DNA from: an uncultured delta proteobacterium
GTDB taxonomy: Bacteria; Desulfobacterota; Desulfomonilia; UBA1062
Assembly: GCA_963785235.1 (NCBI GenBank)
Contig: CAWAUM010000013.1
Location: 32,001 to 96,000 of the forward strand
DNA length: 64,000 nt
Reading direction: 5' to 3'
Position 1 is the first letter of the stretch, and every line of letters starts with the position of its first letter. The notes under the pieces are model-generated. The model had not been told where the DNA came from, did not search any database, and saw only the letters and a program-made list of their open reading frames with translations. Made by a program: the position numbers and the translations under genes. Of the stretch, positions 61,560-64,000 are shown piece after piece.

Positions 61560-62930
61560 CTATAGCTTCCCGTTTCCCAGGTCACGGATGATGTCATCCA
61601 GTCGTCCCCTGGTATCGGCCTCTATCTCTTCAAGGGCGTTCTTTTCGCGCGCCTCAAACCGCAGCACGATTACAGGCTGCGTGTTTGACGGTCTCACCAG
61701 CCCCCATGTGTCTCCCCTGGTAAATCGTACGCCGTCGATATCCACACATTCGTCGTATTGACTCTTTGCATAGACCTTGAACCTCTCTACCGCTTCAAAC
61801 TTGATCTTATCAGGACATTCAATGCGGATTTCCGGGGTGTTCTCAACCTTGGGAAGGTTATCGAAAATCGCCTGGGGGTCTGCCTGGTTGGACAGGATCT
61901 CCAAAAGCCTGGCAGATGCATAAATGGCGTCATCGAATCCGTACCACCGGTCGAGAAAGAATATGTGGCCGCTCATCTCGCCTGCCAGGGCTGCCTGCTC
62001 AAGATAAAGACGGGCCTTCATGAGCGAGTGGCCTACCTTGCCCATTATGGGGATACCGCCCGCCCTGGCCACCTCATCGAAAAATGCCTTGGAGCACTTC
62101 ACCTCACCGATGATCTTCTCTCCACTCTTTTCCCGTAATATGTCGCAGGCAAGTATGGCGGTGATCATGTCGCCGTAAACAGTATTCCCTTTTGCATCTA
62201 TGACACCGATACGGTCAGCATCCCCATCATACCCGATCCCAATGTCCGCCCCCCTGCTCAAAACCTCCGACTTCAGCATGGCAAGACCTTCTAAGGTGGT
62301 CGGGTCCGGGTGGTGGTTGGGAAAATTACCATCGGGATCCAGACAGATGCCGCTCACCTCCATGCCGAGCGCATTGCATATCGCCATGCCGGGTGCGCCG
62401 CCAACACCGTTTCCCGGGTCAATAACCACCTTTAACCGCCTTTTGCCGGGTTTAATGCGGGATACGATGTCGTCGATATACTCGGGCATGATATCGTAAC
62501 ACGTGCACTGTGCCTGTCCATTGATGACGCGGCCCTCTTCCATGAGGCCCCTGATCTTCTGGATCTCCTCTCCGTAGATGGTCATCTTGCCAAGGGCTAT
62601 CTTGAACCCGTTGTTGTCAGCCGGGTTATGCGAGCCGGTCACCTCTATGCCCCCATCAACATTCAGCCTGAAGAGAGAAAAGTACATCACCGGCGTGGGG
62701 ACCATGCCGAGATCGACCACCTCAATACCGCTTTCGGTGAGGCCCTTCTTCAGAATCTCTTTAAAGAGAGGGGAACTCAACCGCGCATCCATCCCCAGGC
62801 TGATACGCTTGACCCGGTGATCATGGAAATAAACGCCTAGCGCACGGGAAAGCCCTTCAACAAACTCTTCATCCAGATCCGTGCCAACAACCCCACGGAT
62901 ATCATATTCCCTGAAGACTTCAGGATTCAT
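61560..62930 (-). CDS. algC: Phosphomannomutase/phosphoglucomutase
   Basis: FREYDIRG, TGSHNP, DGDADR, GEMSGH. Confidence 0.9.
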   Translation of the reverse strand: MNPEVFREYDIRGVVGTDLDEEFVEGLSRALGVYFHDHRVKRISLGMDARLSSPLFKEILKKGLTESGIEVVDLGMVPTPVMYFSLFRLNVDGGIEVTGSHNPADNNGFKIALGKMTIYGEEIQKIRGLMEEGRVINGQAQCTCYDIMPEYIDDIVSRIKPGKRRLKVVIDPGNGVGGAPGMAICNALGMEVSGICLDPDGNFPNHHPDPTTLEGLAMLKSEVLSRGADIGIGYDGDADRIGVIDAKGNTVYGDMITAILACDILREKSGEKIIGEVKCSKAFFDEVARAGGIPIMGKVGHSLMKARLYLEQAALAGEMSGHIFFLDRWYGFDDAIYASARLLEILSNQADPQAIFDNLPKVENTPEIRIECPDKIKFEAVERFKVYAKSQYDECVDIDGVRFTRGDTWGLVRPSNTQPVIVLRFEAREKNALEEIEADTRGRLDDIIRDLGNGKL

Positions 62931-63295
62931 TATCCCTCCTCATGCTGTCCTTATGTGCTGACCTTTTTGACACTTATCCCTGAAAACTGTCGAAAACATA
63001 CTAGTTCACCCATGAAAGGCTCGTCAAGAAACAACACACTTTTTTGGATTACTCTTGTTGAGGTTATTTTGTAAAAAATCGGTTTCCCCCATTGTCTTTC
63101 ATCATTTTCATTCTTCTCAACAGGCTTTATTCTGGAGAATCATGAAGGGATCATCTTGAAAATATCGCTATCTATGATATCTCCAGCCTGATTTTGTATT
63201 AATTCTGCAACGAAATAAAAAACCCTGTGTAGTACATTTTCAACATGAACGGGAGAACCAATAGATATTCCTTTGATTATACATATTTTTATCAT

Positions 63296-63311
63296 TGGCA
63301 TGCAAGTTGTA
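63296..63311 (+). promoter_or_regulatory. Putative sigma54 promoter
   Basis: TGGCATGCAAGTTGTA (GG-N10-GT variant) upstream of the porin-like gene. Confidence 0.4.
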
Positions 63312-63436
63312 TAAGAAATAATGGAAAGATATGAATTATCGGCGTTTTGAGGGAGAACGGCCTTGCCAGGACAATAGATTAAAGTCGAGCAGGGCAAAAA
63401 TCGAAAAGAGGGAAAACCACTAAGGAGGAAGATAGG

Positions 63437-64000
63437 ATGAAGAAGGTTTTTTTAGCAGTACTGATTGTCTTCTGTGCCACGGCAGCATACGCCGGGACAT
63501 ATGTAGACCCACTTACAGGCCCCCTGACAAACAGGGATAAGGTTTATCCCACATTTGGCACACCCCTGGTACAGTTCGATATCAGCGGTGAATTCGATGC
63601 CAGGGGCTATTACTGGGATAACGCTGCAATGAGAAAGGATTCAACAACCACACCGACCGTGCAGAATTCCTACATGAGAGGCTATCTGGATCTGTGGCCC
63701 AAGCTGAAGATCGGCGACACCCAGATCATCACCAAGATTCAGATGAGGGACCAGAACCCCTGGGCTCCTTTTTACAAAACCAATGGTACTGAACTTTTAG
63801 ACGTAACCTATGATATTCCAACACCCAAGGCGAACGACAATATCTCGGTGGAACGCGCATACATCCACCACAATTTCAATGAGAAGTGGTTCACCGAGAT
63901 CGGCCTTATGAGCGGCCAGTACTGGGGCACTAACTTTGGCGATAACATGTTGCCCAGGTGGCGTGTGAAGTTCCAGGGCATGACCGATTTCGGCGCTGTA
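63437..64000 (+). CDS. Porin-like outer membrane protein (partial; runs off the window)
   Basis: AGGAGG RBS; signal peptide MKKVFLAVLIVFCATAAYA; DISGEFDARG, ISVERAY and WGTNFGD beta-strand patterns. Confidence 0.65.
   Translation, partial: MKKVFLAVLIVFCATAAYAGTYVDPLTGPLTNRDKVYPTFGTPLVQFDISGEFDARGYYWDNAAMRKDSTTTPTVQNSYMRGYLDLWPKLKIGDTQIITKIQMRDQNPWAPFYKTNGTELLDVTYDIPTPKANDNISVERAYIHHNFNEKWFTEIGLMSGQYWGTNFGDNMLPRWRVKFQGMTDFGAV

Noticed and set aside
1-64000. rRNA, tRNA, riboswitch or prophage
   Set aside because: None recognised by eye; covariance-model searches were not possible.

Overview
Bacterial genomic window, probably from an anaerobic Desulfobacterota-like (deltaproteobacterial) organism. 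This is inferred from a 4-subunit 2-oxoacid:ferredoxin oxidoreductase, a glycyl radical enzyme (GRE), sigma54 regulation and a HesB-like selenoprotein candidate. Many genes are split by single frameshifts, often at homopolymers, so the assembly looks unpolished. The left ~40 kb is an accessory mosaic and the right ~24 kb is mostly housekeeping and transport. Main candidates: (1) a sphingolipid-type locus (SPT-like, KDSR-like SDR, Aur1/PAP2-like, bCerS-like); (2) a diol-dehydratase-like GRE with an altered pocket and a Cys-rich insert, clustered with its activase, an SCP2-like protein, a second KDSR-like SDR and a sigma54 activator; (3) a ~90-155 bp dispersed repeat (6 clear copies) with a GATTA-N7-TAATC core that delimits gene modules, truncates an antitoxin gene and abuts a tyrosine-recombinase remnant; (4) two related integron attC sites with no integrase, one closing a complete GNAT cassette; (5) an in-frame-UGA HesB-like ORF missed by the ORF track. 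No rRNA, tRNA or CRISPR array was recognised. All assignments come from motif reading, not database searches.
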